Assembly (NCBI GenBank): GCA_963667845.2
Contig: CAXXVL010000002.1
Location: forward strand, 1,056,001-1,120,000
DNA length: 64,000 nt
Direction: 5' to 3'
Origin: Smithellaceae bacterium
GTDB lineage: Bacteria > Desulfobacterota > Syntrophia > Syntrophales > Smithellaceae
Of the stretch, positions 19,266 through 28,548 are shown piece after piece. The number at the start of each line of letters is the position of its first letter. Within the stretch, counting starts at the first letter, position 1. The notes beneath the pieces are model-generated. The model made no database searches, was not told the DNA's origin, and saw only the letters and a list, made by a program, of their open reading frames with translations. Both the position numbers and the translations under genes were made by a program.

Positions 19266-19661
19266 ATGAAGGTATTTCCAGAAGACCTGCTTTACAGTCG
19301 CGAGCATATATGGGTTCGGGTTGACGGAGATATGGCTACGCTGGGCATTACGGATTACGCTCAGGAAAGTTTGGGAGAAATCTTGTCAATCGAATTTCCT
19401 GAAATTGACGCCTATGTGGAACGTGACGAAGCTTTTGGTTCTGTTGAATCAACGAAAGCGGTTGTGGATCTGATAGCCTCAGTTAGCGGGACCATTGTCA
19501 GTGTCAACGAAGATATCAATGACGACATCGGTATTGTAAATAGTGACCCCCATGATACGGGCTGGCTTGTAGTCATCGAGATGGACGACATGGAACAACT
19601 GGATGATCTCCTGGATGCGGCAGGGTATCATGACTTTATTATGCAGCAGGAAGCTGAATAA
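19266..19661 (+). CDS. gcvH: Glycine cleavage system H / lipoyl carrier protein
   Basis: HIWVR, GITDYAQESLG, VESTKA (lipoyl-Lys), NSDPHDTGWL. Confidence 0.95.
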   Translation: MKVFPEDLLYSREHIWVRVDGDMATLGITDYAQESLGEILSIEFPEIDAYVERDEAFGSVESTKAVVDLIASVSGTIVSVNEDINDDIGIVNSDPHDTGWLVVIEMDDMEQLDDLLDAAGYHDFIMQQEAE

Positions 19662-19670
19662 GACCTTCTT

Positions 19671-20480
19671 ATGATATGGCGGTTGCTTAATTATCGGTTG
19701 CATAGCGCCTCCGAGAACATGGCCATCGACGAGGCCGTTTTTCAAGAAACCATAAAACATAAAAGACCACCTACCTTACGTTTTTTCGGCTGGCATCCGT
19801 CGGCTGTTTCAATCGGCTATTTTCAGGAATTGGAAAATGAAATTAATTTTAACCGGTGTCGCCTGTCCGGAGTTGATGTTGTCCGCAGGATTACCGGTGG
19901 GAAAGCTGTATATCACAACAGCGAAGTCACCTATTCGCTCACCGCGACAAGTTCGGAGAAACTATTTCCCAGCGATATTATGGGGACGTATGAGGTAATA
20001 AGCCGTTGCCTGGCGCGCGGCTTGTCTTTCCTGGGAATCAGTGCTCAGTTGGCGAAATCCGCCGTACTTGAAAAGCGTGAACTGACCTCCCGCTGCTTTT
20101 CCGTTCCTTCCGGCAATGAACTTCTTATTGAAGGGCGAAAAATATGCGGAAGTGCGCAGATGCGGACTCACGGTGGTTTTTTGCAGCACGGATCACTGTT
20201 GATGAAATTCGATGACGCCGAAACATCCGCTCTGATTCTGTCGAAGCAGCCACGCGAGACAGTCGACCGTCTCAGAAGTTCTGTCACGGCCGTGAATGAG
20301 GTGATTTCCATACCGGTCAGCGCAGAGGCGCTCTGCCAGGTCCTGCAAAAAGGCTTTATTGAAGAGTTAGGCATCCGCCTGGCAGAAGGGCCGCTGACTC
20401 CAGGCGAAAAGGCGTTAAGCAATCAACTGATAAAGAAATACAAGAGTGATGCATGGAATTGGCGGCGAAAGAAAGACTAA
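19671..20480 (+). CDS. Lipoate-protein ligase family, LipM-like octanoyltransferase
   Basis: NMAIDEA, PTLRFFGW, VVRRITGGKAVYH, CFSVPS, GRKICGSAQ, LQHGSL. Confidence 0.88.
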   Translation: MIWRLLNYRLHSASENMAIDEAVFQETIKHKRPPTLRFFGWHPSAVSIGYFQELENEINFNRCRLSGVDVVRRITGGKAVYHNSEVTYSLTATSSEKLFPSDIMGTYEVISRCLARGLSFLGISAQLAKSAVLEKRELTSRCFSVPSGNELLIEGRKICGSAQMRTHGGFLQHGSLLMKFDDAETSALILSKQPRETVDRLRSSVTAVNEVISIPVSAEALCQVLQKGFIEELGIRLAEGPLTPGEKALSNQLIKKYKSDAWNWRRKKD

Positions 20481-21088
20481 TCCACATCAGCTAAGGGACA
20501 TTTGATTTACAACTTTTTAATGAAATGCATATTATGACGTGACCCACAGGGCTTGACGGATCTCGATACAAGGATTATTGCCGTCAACTGTTCGGGATCT
20601 GTCATAAGCAATCAAAATGATGTTTGGTGATGGGAACCTGATGTGATCACCCTGCAAAGATTCCTCGTTAGCCTGGCTTTACCTGCGGGGTGAGGATTAG
20701 GCCTGAGGCCTGATGATCCTATAATGTTAAAGTCCGGAAGTCGATCGGGCGCCATTCTTAACCAGCAGACGCAGCCTTGATTAAATGTAATATCAGCATG
20801 TTGCAAGCCTATGCCATGCGCATTTTGCCGAAATAATGAAGATATGCGCAATTACTTGGGGTCACCTGACCTCACTATTTCGATTTTTGTTGCAATTTCG
20901 ATTCAGATCGCATATATGCAAACCTCACCGTTCGGGAATCGGTTAAGAAAGTAAAGATGCCGGTGCCGGTGAAAAATTTACATGCGGGTGACCGTGGGAA
21001 AATCATCAGTGCAATGAGCATTTATCGGGGCTCTTCTAAGAGGTGTTTTTCCGAGTAGGGAGCGTGATTTAGCACGTATTGAAAATTC

Positions 21089-21141
21089 AGGGTAGTTGAC
21101 GACGCAAGATGGAATTGCTTGTGTCGGACTGCCCTTTTTTT
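21089..21141 (+). promoter_or_regulatory. Terminator-like hairpin in the rpsU leader
   Basis: AGGGTAGTT/GACTGCCCT and CGACGCAAG/CTTGTGTCG stems followed by T7, about 60 nt before rpsU. Confidence 0.6.
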
Positions 21142-21203
21142 GCGTTTACACGTCGAAGAACAAATTTCTTATCAAACTGTAATAATTTAAAGGAGGAGTA
21201 TCA

Positions 21204-21395
21204 TTGGAAGTAAAAGTAATTGATAACGACGTAGAGAAGGCTCTCAAAATTTTGAAAAACAAACTTTCGAAAAGCGGCTTGTTCAAGGAATTGAAAGTCC
21301 GCCGGGCTTATGAAAAGCCGTCAGTCAAGAAGAAGAGAAAAACAATTGAAGCTCGCCGCAGACTGGCCAAGGTTCAGCGCCGACGCAGCAACTAA
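21204..21395 (+). CDS. rpsU: 30S ribosomal protein S21
   Basis: DVEKALKILK...GLFKELK.RRAYEKPSVKKKRK; TTG start after AAGGAGG. Confidence 0.95.
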   Translation: MEVKVIDNDVEKALKILKNKLSKSGLFKELKVRRAYEKPSVKKKRKTIEARRRLAKVQRRRSN

Positions 21396-21469
21396 TTCTA
21401 TTCCCGAAATGTTAGTTCCACAATCTTTTTGCGCTATTGTGTTTTGCCCGGCGTAAGGGAATGAGCAGC

Positions 21470-22120
21470 ATGGAAAAGCAATATCTTATTGATTCATTAT
21501 CCAAGGAAGAATCGTGGCGGATCTTTCGCATTATGGCGGAATTTGTCGAATCCATTGAAGTTCTTTCGAATGTCCATAGTGCTGTGACAATTTTTGGTTC
21601 GGCCCGTCTCAAGCCCGATGATAAGTACTATCACATGGCGGAAAAACTGGGACAGCTCTTGGCTCAAAATGGTTTCGCCGTCATCACCGGCGGCGGTCCG
21701 GGGATTATGGAAGCGGCCAATAAAGGTGCTGCGGAAGCAGGCGGCCAATCCGTGGGGATGAATATCAAGCTGCCTTTTGAGCAAAAACCCAATCCCTATG
21801 CCAATCTTCAACTGGACTATAAATATTTTTTTATCCGTAAAGTCATGTTTGTTAAGTATGCTGTTGCCTATGTGATCATGCCGGGCGGTTACGGGACGAT
21901 GGATGAGTTTTTTGAAGCGTTGACACTGATCCAGACCAAAAGGGTGAAAAGCTTTCCCATCATCCTGATGGGCAGAGACTACTGGCAGGGGCTTTTGGAT
22001 TGGCTGAAAAATACGATGCAGCAAAAAGACATGATTCTCCCCTGCGATCTGGAGATGATCCAGATTATTGACGAACCGGAAGAAGTCGTTAAGCATATCA
22101 AGAAATACGTCATCATTTAA
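21470..22120 (+). CDS. LOG-family (TIGR00730) Rossmann-fold nucleotide phosphoribohydrolase
   Basis: VTIFGSAR, ITGGGPGIMEAANKG, PGGYGTMDE. Confidence 0.92.
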   Translation: MEKQYLIDSLSKEESWRIFRIMAEFVESIEVLSNVHSAVTIFGSARLKPDDKYYHMAEKLGQLLAQNGFAVITGGGPGIMEAANKGAAEAGGQSVGMNIKLPFEQKPNPYANLQLDYKYFFIRKVMFVKYAVAYVIMPGGYGTMDEFFEALTLIQTKRVKSFPIILMGRDYWQGLLDWLKNTMQQKDMILPCDLEMIQIIDEPEEVVKHIKKYVII

Positions 22121-22152
22121 ACTCAAACAATTCTACTCCATGAGAGTCGGGT

Positions 22153-23511
22153 ATGACCCTGGAAAGAGCCATTATTGATTTAAAGAAGGGGCATGCTGCG
22201 CCCTGTTATCTTTTATATGGTGAAGAAGAATATCTGATCCAGGAAGCGCTCAACCAAATTTTGGACATCATCATGCCGCTGGCCGACCGTGACTTCGGCC
22301 TTTTTTTTATCGATGGTGAAAATTCGGATTTCGATATCCTGAAGGATCATCTTCTGGCGCCATCGCTGCTGGGCGGCAGAAAAGTTGTCGTGGTGAAAAA
22401 CACGACGATTTTTCAGTCCCGTGAAAACCTAAGTGATCTCATCCAAAAAATTCGTGACACTATCGACGAGCATCCGGATAAGGCGGCAAAATATTTTCTA
22501 ACTTTTTTGAAAATATCCGGCTTTGCCTGGGAAGACATGCAAGGGGCAGGCTGGCAAAAGATCACTGATGAGCAATGGCGTCAGGCAGTGGAGGAAGATT
22601 CCGGGGGCGACAGAAATAAATGGCTGCCGCGGATTATCGAAATTTGCACTACCCGGGGATGGACATCCGGCGGCGCAGCCGATCCCTCCGAGCAACTTGA
22701 AAAACTCCTGGACGAGGGCCTTCCTGCGGAGAATTGCTTAATTCTGACCGCCGAGGCTGTTGATAAGAGAAAAAAAATATTCAAAGTGATCGACAAAGCG
22801 GGAATCGTTTTGCACTTCGGCCAGATCAAGGGCGAGACAGCAACTAAAGACACGCTCAGACGGGAAGCCCAGAAACTGCTTGACCAATCCGGGAAGAGTC
22901 TGGCCCCAACGGCCTGGATCGCACTGGGGAAGAAAACAGGATTTCAGTTGCGTCCGTCATTAAATGAATTGCAGAAGCTCATTTCATTTGTCGGCGAGCG
23001 ATCCGTTATTGGAGAAAAGGATGTTGAAGCCGTTGTCGGCAAGACCAGCGAAGATTCAATCTTCGATCTAACAACGGCGCTTGGCGAAAAAAATGCAACG
23101 GCCGCGCTCGCGGCCCTGAAAGCCCTGTTGGATCAGGGAGAGCATTACCTGATGATTCTGACAATGGTCGGCCGCGAAATCCGCATGCTTTTGCAGGCGT
23201 CCATTCTGATTCGCTCGGGGAAGTTGCCCAGACTGTCGCCGGGTATGGATTATGGCTCCTTTCAGAAGAATATCTATCCCGCAGTTGCTGGATTGACGCC
23301 GGATGTATCGCGCAAAGAGGACCTGCTGGTCAATAAGCACCCGTTTGTTATTTACAACGCCCTGCGCAATAGCAGCCGGTTTTCTTACCCCATCCTGGTC
23401 GATTATCTTGATGATTTGCTGGAGATGGATCGTGCCATGAAATCTTCCACCACCGATCCACAGTTGCTGCTGGAGCGCTTCCTGATTAAGGCTTGCACTA
23501 AAGTTTCCTGA
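22153..23511 (+). CDS. holA: DNA polymerase III subunit delta (long form)
   Basis: PCYLLYGEEEYL, SLLGGRKVVVVKN, DKRKK, NELQKL, IFDLTTAL, DRAMKSS. Confidence 0.85.
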   Translation: MTLERAIIDLKKGHAAPCYLLYGEEEYLIQEALNQILDIIMPLADRDFGLFFIDGENSDFDILKDHLLAPSLLGGRKVVVVKNTTIFQSRENLSDLIQKIRDTIDEHPDKAAKYFLTFLKISGFAWEDMQGAGWQKITDEQWRQAVEEDSGGDRNKWLPRIIEICTTRGWTSGGAADPSEQLEKLLDEGLPAENCLILTAEAVDKRKKIFKVIDKAGIVLHFGQIKGETATKDTLRREAQKLLDQSGKSLAPTAWIALGKKTGFQLRPSLNELQKLISFVGERSVIGEKDVEAVVGKTSEDSIFDLTTALGEKNATAALAALKALLDQGEHYLMILTMVGREIRMLLQASILIRSGKLPRLSPGMDYGSFQKNIYPAVAGLTPDVSRKEDLLVNKHPFVIYNALRNSSRFSYPILVDYLDDLLEMDRAMKSSTTDPQLLLERFLIKACTKVS

Positions 23512-24019
23512 CTTTTGTCAGAGTTTGTCTTTGTGCGCGCGAAAGTCTGTGCGCAGGTCCTTTTTTATTGACAGTGCGAGTGTTTCCCTCATCCTCGTCT
23601 TTCGAGGAGGGTAAGTCGTTTTCGCCCGGCGCCGCCTGCCTATTAACAATGGATTCAAACTCAAGCGAGGATAGCGTGGCTTTCCCTTTGCGAATTGCAT
23701 AAGAGGCAATTTCTCGATCGGAAGAAACGACAAGGATTTCTTCATCACTGGACGCAGCGATTCTCTTCAGGACATCATCTGCCTTGACTCCCTTGGCAGA
23801 GTAAATCATGTGAATACCAGAATGATAGTCGCGTTCTTCCTCGGGCTGGCCGCTTACCCAGCCGTCAAATACCACGGTGATGCGGTGATCTTTCCTTTTT
23901 TGGTATTCTGAAAGCCAGGCAATCAGGGCCATGCGCCCTGCTTCGAGACTCTGCCGCTCAAAGCGCCGCAGGCTGACGGATTGCCGGATCAGATTGTAAC
24001 CGTCAATTAGAATATGCAT
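23498..24019 (-). CDS. NYN-domain (YacP/Rae1-like) ribonuclease
   Basis: ILIDGYNLI, VVFDG, ADDVLKR, VVSSDREI. Confidence 0.88.
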   Translation of the reverse strand: MHILIDGYNLIRQSVSLRRFERQSLEAGRMALIAWLSEYQKRKDHRITVVFDGWVSGQPEEERDYHSGIHMIYSAKGVKADDVLKRIAASSDEEILVVSSDREIASYAIRKGKATLSSLEFESIVNRQAAPGENDLPSSKDEDEGNTRTVNKKGPAHRLSRAQRQTLTKVRKL

Positions 24020-24169
24020 GCCTCATTTTTGCACATTGTCGTCCCGCGTTCAATAAAAAAAGTCCGGTATTTTTCTTGACTTGACAGTTGGCTGTCTGTT
24101 ACCGTCCTCTATCTCTGGCGACTTCAAAGCAGGTAGTCTGCTTGACAATAAATAATTTGGAGGTTTTGT

Positions 24170-25027
24170 ATGGAAATTAAGAAAATATGTGTATTGGGCG
24201 CGGGCTTGATGGGCAACGGTATCGCGCAGGTTTGCGCGGCGGCCGGCTATGATGTCACCTTGAGAGACATTGAACAACGGTTCATCGACGGCGGTATGAA
24301 CACCATCAAAAAAAACCTGAGCCGCGATGCTGAAAAAGGCAAAATCACCAAGGAACAGATGGAGGCGATTCTGGGGCGGATCAAACCGACGCTGGATTTA
24401 AAAGAAGCTGCCGCGGACGCCGATGTGGTTGTGGAAGTCGTTATTGAACTCATGGATTTAAAGAAAAAAGTCTACGCGGAACTGGAAGCGGTTGTTCCTT
24501 CGCACTGTCTGTTCTTCACCAATACCTCGGGTTTGAGCATCACGGAAATGGCCGCCATTACCAAACGGCCGGAACGCTTCATCGGCACGCATTTTTTCAA
24601 TCCCGTTCCGGTCATGCGTCTGCTCGAAGTCATCCGCGGTCAACAGACCTCCGATGAGACCGTGGAAATCGCCAAAGCCTGGGGCAAGAAAATCGGCAAG
24701 GAAGTCGTAATGGTTAAAGAGGCGCCGGCGTTTGTCGTGAACCGTATTTTGTGTTCCATGATCAATGAGGCATTTTTTGTTCTCGATGAAGGTCTCGCCA
24801 CGCCGGAAGACATTGATAAGGCTATGCAACTGGGCTGTAATCATCCTATCGGTCCGCTGGCGCTGGGTGACCTGATCGGACTCGATACCCAGCTCAGGAT
24901 CTGCGAAGGGATGAACCGGGAGCTGGGAGATAAATACCGTCCCTCACCGCTTCTCAGGAAACTTGTTCGCGCCGGTAATCTGGGACGCAAATCCGGCCGC
25001 GGCGTTTACGACTACGGCAAGAAATAA
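24170..25027 (+). CDS. hbd: 3-hydroxybutyryl-CoA / 3-hydroxyacyl-CoA dehydrogenase
   Basis: GAGLMGNGIA, TNTSGLSI, GTHFFNPVPVM, FVVNRIL, PIGPL, GRKSGRGVY. Confidence 0.93.
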   Translation: MEIKKICVLGAGLMGNGIAQVCAAAGYDVTLRDIEQRFIDGGMNTIKKNLSRDAEKGKITKEQMEAILGRIKPTLDLKEAAADADVVVEVVIELMDLKKKVYAELEAVVPSHCLFFTNTSGLSITEMAAITKRPERFIGTHFFNPVPVMRLLEVIRGQQTSDETVEIAKAWGKKIGKEVVMVKEAPAFVVNRILCSMINEAFFVLDEGLATPEDIDKAMQLGCNHPIGPLALGDLIGLDTQLRICEGMNRELGDKYRPSPLLRKLVRAGNLGRKSGRGVYDYGKK

Positions 25028-25046
25028 TTAAAATTCAAAAAGATTT

Positions 25047-25084
25047 ACGGCGGCCATCGGATTCGAACGAGGCCGCCGTTTTTA
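25047..25084 (+). terminator. Intrinsic terminator after hbd
   Basis: ACGGCGGCC/GGCCGCCGT stem plus T6; lies between convergent genes. Confidence 0.8.
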
Positions 25085-25124
25085 TATGGATTGATTTGTC
25101 ACGGTGACGTGCTGAAGAGAAAGG

Positions 25125-25784
25125 TCAGGCTTTGTTTGCTGCAGCTTTCAAGGAGGCGATGGTTTGCGCGTAATCGGCTGTTCCGAAAACCGCAGCGCCT
25201 GCCACCAGCACATCGGCTCCTGCCTGAGCAATTGAACCGATATTCTGAAGGTTCACCCCTCCGTCGACTTCCAGGAGCATTTTGGAAGACAGTTTGGCGA
25301 TCATTGCGCTTGCCCGTTTAATCTTGGCAGGCGAGCTTTGAATAAACTTCTGCCCCCCGAAGCCCGGGTTGACAGACATGATCAAAAGCAGGTCGATATC
25401 GGGGAGGATTTCTTCAACCGCACAAAGTGGTGTTGCCGGATTCAAGGATATGCCTGCTTTTTTCCCCGTCTTCTTAATCAATTCGACTGTCCGGTGCAGG
25501 TGATTGGTTGCTTCCACATGGATCGTGATATAATCGGCGCCCGCTGCGGCGAAGGATTCGACATAGTTATCAGGATTCTTAATCATCAAATGAACATCAA
25601 AAGGCAACCGGGTCGCCTTGCGCAGGGAAGCAATGATGGCGGGCCCCATCGTTATATTGGGAACGAAATGCCCGTCCATAACATCCAGATGAATCCAGTC
25701 CGCGCCGGCTTTCTCGACTGCCGCGATTTCCTCGCCGAGTTTTCCGCCATCAGCGGAAAGTATTGATGGGGCAATCAATTTCAT
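25125..25784 (-). CDS. rpe: Ribulose-phosphate 3-epimerase
   Basis: [41 protein letters not shown]. Confidence 0.98.
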   Translation of the reverse strand: MKLIAPSILSADGGKLGEEIAAVEKAGADWIHLDVMDGHFVPNITMGPAIIASLRKATRLPFDVHLMIKNPDNYVESFAAAGADYITIHVEATNHLHRTVELIKKTGKKAGISLNPATPLCAVEEILPDIDLLLIMSVNPGFGGQKFIQSSPAKIKRASAMIAKLSSKMLLEVDGGVNLQNIGSIAQAGADVLVAGAAVFGTADYAQTIASLKAAANKA

Positions 25785-25845
25785 GAAGGGTTCTCCTTTT
25801 GTTAAGCATCAAATATACTAAAGCACTGCGCCTGTCAACCCATAG

Positions 25846-25934
25846 AGGCTGATAGGCTATAGACAGCCAGACTATTAGGCTAAAAAAAATAGGCGCGAAG
25901 CGCTATCCGCACAGACTTACAGCCTAAAAGTCTA
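25846..25934. repeat. Degenerate 7-8-nt AG(G/A)CT repeat cluster with inverted arm
   Basis: AGGCTGATAGGCTATAGACAGCCAGACTATTAGGCT...AGCCTAAAAGTCT; the 12-mer TAGGCTATAGAC recurs at 37788-37799. Confidence 0.55.
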
Positions 25935-25984
25935 TGTTCGCCTTTCTTCTTGACACGAACGTTGAAAAAAATGAAGATGGGCTC

Positions 25985-27286
25985 ATGAGAATTCTCTATA
26001 ACATTCTTCTGTTGATGGTTGCGATTCCAGGAGTTTTGTTTTTTCTGCTCAAGATGCTCATAACAGGTAAATATCGCCACAGTTTTCTCCAAAAACTTGG
26101 TGCCCGGCAAAATCATCTCTTATCCGGCCTGCCAGCCGGCGGACGGATCTGGATTCATGCCGTATCGGTTGGCGAAGTGACGGCGGCCGCACCGGTTGTG
26201 GCCGCATTAAAGAAACAGAAACCGGAAATACGGATTATTTTTTCAACGTCTACGGAAACAGGTCAAGGGATGGCGCACCGGTTGGTTTCCGGGGCGGACG
26301 CTTTTATTTACTTTCCTTTGGATATTTTTTTTGCCGTACATCATATGCTGAATCTCGTTCGGCCAGACGTCTTTGTTCTTGTCGAGACGGAACTCTGGCC
26401 GAATTTTCTAGCCGCCTGCCGTTCACGCGGCATCAAAGTCGTTTTGGTCAACGGCAGGATTTCCCCCCGCTCCTTTATGAAATACTATCGGACCCGGTCT
26501 TTTTGGAAACAGGTTCTCGCTAACATAGATAAGGCCGGGATGATTACGGACGTTGATGCGGACAGAATCAGAAAGATCGGTCTTGCAGATTCCAGGATCG
26601 GCGTATTGGGAAATGCTAAATATGACGCGCTCGCGGCAATGGTGTCACAGGAACTGTACGAGGACACTGCGCGCCGGTTTAATGTGCAGCCCGATGAAAG
26701 ATTTTTCGTCGCCGGCAGCACACATCCGGGGGAAGAAGAAGCTGTTATTTATGTGTATCGTGAAGTGCTGAAGCGCTATCCGGACTTCAAATTGATCCTT
26801 GTGCCGCGCCATGTCGAACGGGCCAATGAAGTGGTGGCTTTGCTGGGCCGTGCCGGTTTCAACGACGTTGTTACGGTATCGCAGATGCGCGGCGGTCGCA
26901 AACGATCGCAGGAAAGAGTCATCGTCGTCGATGTGATTGGCGAACTCTTTAAAGTCTACTCGTTGGCAACAATCGTGTATTGCGGCGGGTCCTTAGTTCC
27001 AAAAGGCGGGCAGAATATTCTGGAGGCGGCAGCCTGGGGCAAAGTAATCTTTTATGGCCCGTCGATGGAAGACTTTACCGAAGAAGCGGCGCTCTTGGAA
27101 GATGCGGGCGCCGGGATTCGCATTGCCAATGCGCAAGAACTTTTGGACGGTGTCCTGCAATTGCTGGCTGATCCGCCTGATTTGCAGAGGCGAGGTGAAA
27201 GTGGCCAAAGGGTCGTCCGTGCAAATATGGGCGCCGCCGAAAGATATGCGGAGATCGTGATCAGTTACATCGATAAGCATGCCTGA
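25985..27286 (+). CDS. waaA: 3-deoxy-D-manno-octulosonic acid (Kdo) transferase
   Basis: IWIHAVSVGE, ETELWPN, NGRIS, GNAKYD, AGSTHPGEE, VPRH, GGQNILE. Confidence 0.96.
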   Translation: MRILYNILLLMVAIPGVLFFLLKMLITGKYRHSFLQKLGARQNHLLSGLPAGGRIWIHAVSVGEVTAAAPVVAALKKQKPEIRIIFSTSTETGQGMAHRLVSGADAFIYFPLDIFFAVHHMLNLVRPDVFVLVETELWPNFLAACRSRGIKVVLVNGRISPRSFMKYYRTRSFWKQVLANIDKAGMITDVDADRIRKIGLADSRIGVLGNAKYDALAAMVSQELYEDTARRFNVQPDERFFVAGSTHPGEEEAVIYVYREVLKRYPDFKLILVPRHVERANEVVALLGRAGFNDVVTVSQMRGGRKRSQERVIVVDVIGELFKVYSLATIVYCGGSLVPKGGQNILEAAAWGKVIFYGPSMEDFTEEAALLEDAGAGIRIANAQELLDGVLQLLADPPDLQRRGESGQRVVRANMGAAERYAEIVISYIDKHA

Positions 27287-27432
27287 CAATCACACGAGGC
27301 GGCCTGGGGCGGCAAATCCCTCGGGACAGGCATAATCTTTCGGGTTCGAAGATGGAGGACTGAAGTTGTCTTGACAGCCGATGAAAAGATGATAAAAAAG
27401 ATACAGGCTCAGTCAATAGGGAGGTTAAGCTT

Positions 27433-28416
27433 ATGCTGAAAAAATACGAAGCGGCAAGCGAACTGGTTAACCTGAACAGAACGTTTATGGCCAGAGCGGT
27501 TGTTAACAAGTACCTGAACAGAACAAACCTGATTTGCTATTCCGAACTCTCGAGGCTGATCGGCTGCGAGGCCTTCGTCAAGCACGAAAACCACAATCCA
27601 ACCGGATCATTCAAGATTCGGGGTGCGCTTAATTTCTTCCATCATATGTCCCGCGAAGAACTGGATGCCGGTATCCTCGTTGCAACCCGGGGCAATCACG
27701 GTCTGGCCATGGCGTGGGCAGGTCAATGGTTTCACGTGCCCTGCACGGTGGTCGTTCCGGAAAACAACAACCCCGAAATCAACAGGACCATTGAAAGCTA
27801 CGGCGCGGAGTTGATCGTCCACGGCGAAGACTTCTACGATGCTCAATCTTACTGTGATGAACTGGTGGACAGTGCGGGCTACTACTACGTTCAGCAGGGC
27901 AACGAACCGGAAATACTCAACGGCATTGCCACGATGGGCATTGAAATTCTGGAGGACCTTCCTGAAGTTGACACGATCATTTGTCCGATTGGCGGCGGTG
28001 CCGGCTGCGCATCGCTTTTAAAGACCGCGCGCGCCATCAAGCCGGGTATCGAGATCATCGGCGTTGAGCCCGAGAATGCGCCTTCCTTCTATACCGCATG
28101 GAAAAAAAGGGAAATTGTCACTCTGGATGACGCGCATACCATTGCCGACGGCCTGGCCGCAAGAACGGTATTCCAACTGCCTTATGTCATTCTCAAGGAT
28201 GCCATTAATGACGTGATTCTCCTGACGGAAGAGGAAATATTGCAGGGGATAAGAATGGCGCTGACTGCCACGCATAATTTAGCTGAATCCGCCGGAGCCG
28301 TCTCGCTGATGGCCGCTTATAAAATCAAGGACCGGCTTCGCGGCAAGAAAGTGGTTATGATTATGTCCGGCGGCAATCTGAACATGGATCATCTGAAAAC
28401 GGCTATCGGATGTTAG
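27433..28416 (+). CDS. PLP-dependent threonine/serine dehydratase family (no regulatory domain)
   Basis: KHENHNPTGSFKIRG, GNHG, PIGGG, TIADGLA, SGGN. Confidence 0.9.
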   Translation: MLKKYEAASELVNLNRTFMARAVVNKYLNRTNLICYSELSRLIGCEAFVKHENHNPTGSFKIRGALNFFHHMSREELDAGILVATRGNHGLAMAWAGQWFHVPCTVVVPENNNPEINRTIESYGAELIVHGEDFYDAQSYCDELVDSAGYYYVQQGNEPEILNGIATMGIEILEDLPEVDTIICPIGGGAGCASLLKTARAIKPGIEIIGVEPENAPSFYTAWKKREIVTLDDAHTIADGLAARTVFQLPYVILKDAINDVILLTEEEILQGIRMALTATHNLAESAGAVSLMAAYKIKDRLRGKKVVMIMSGGNLNMDHLKTAIGC

Positions 28417-28548
28417 CGTGGCGGGCATCTCAGAGGTCAAATCTGCAGTTGGCACAGGCAGATAAATCACTAAGGTTAAAATATGAGGGCTCCGTTGGGC
28501 AAGTGGGAGCTCTCCATAGAATAAGAAGCAAAAGGAGTTTCACGAGTT

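Noticed and set aside
20570..20780. Frame interrupted only by TGA codons (possible selenoprotein)
   Set aside because: No start or SD, no Cys/Sec redox motif context, and no convincing SECIS hairpin after the TGAs.
28449..28466. TGGCAC as a sigma-54 promoter upstream of glnS
   Set aside because: No TTGC at the -12 position.
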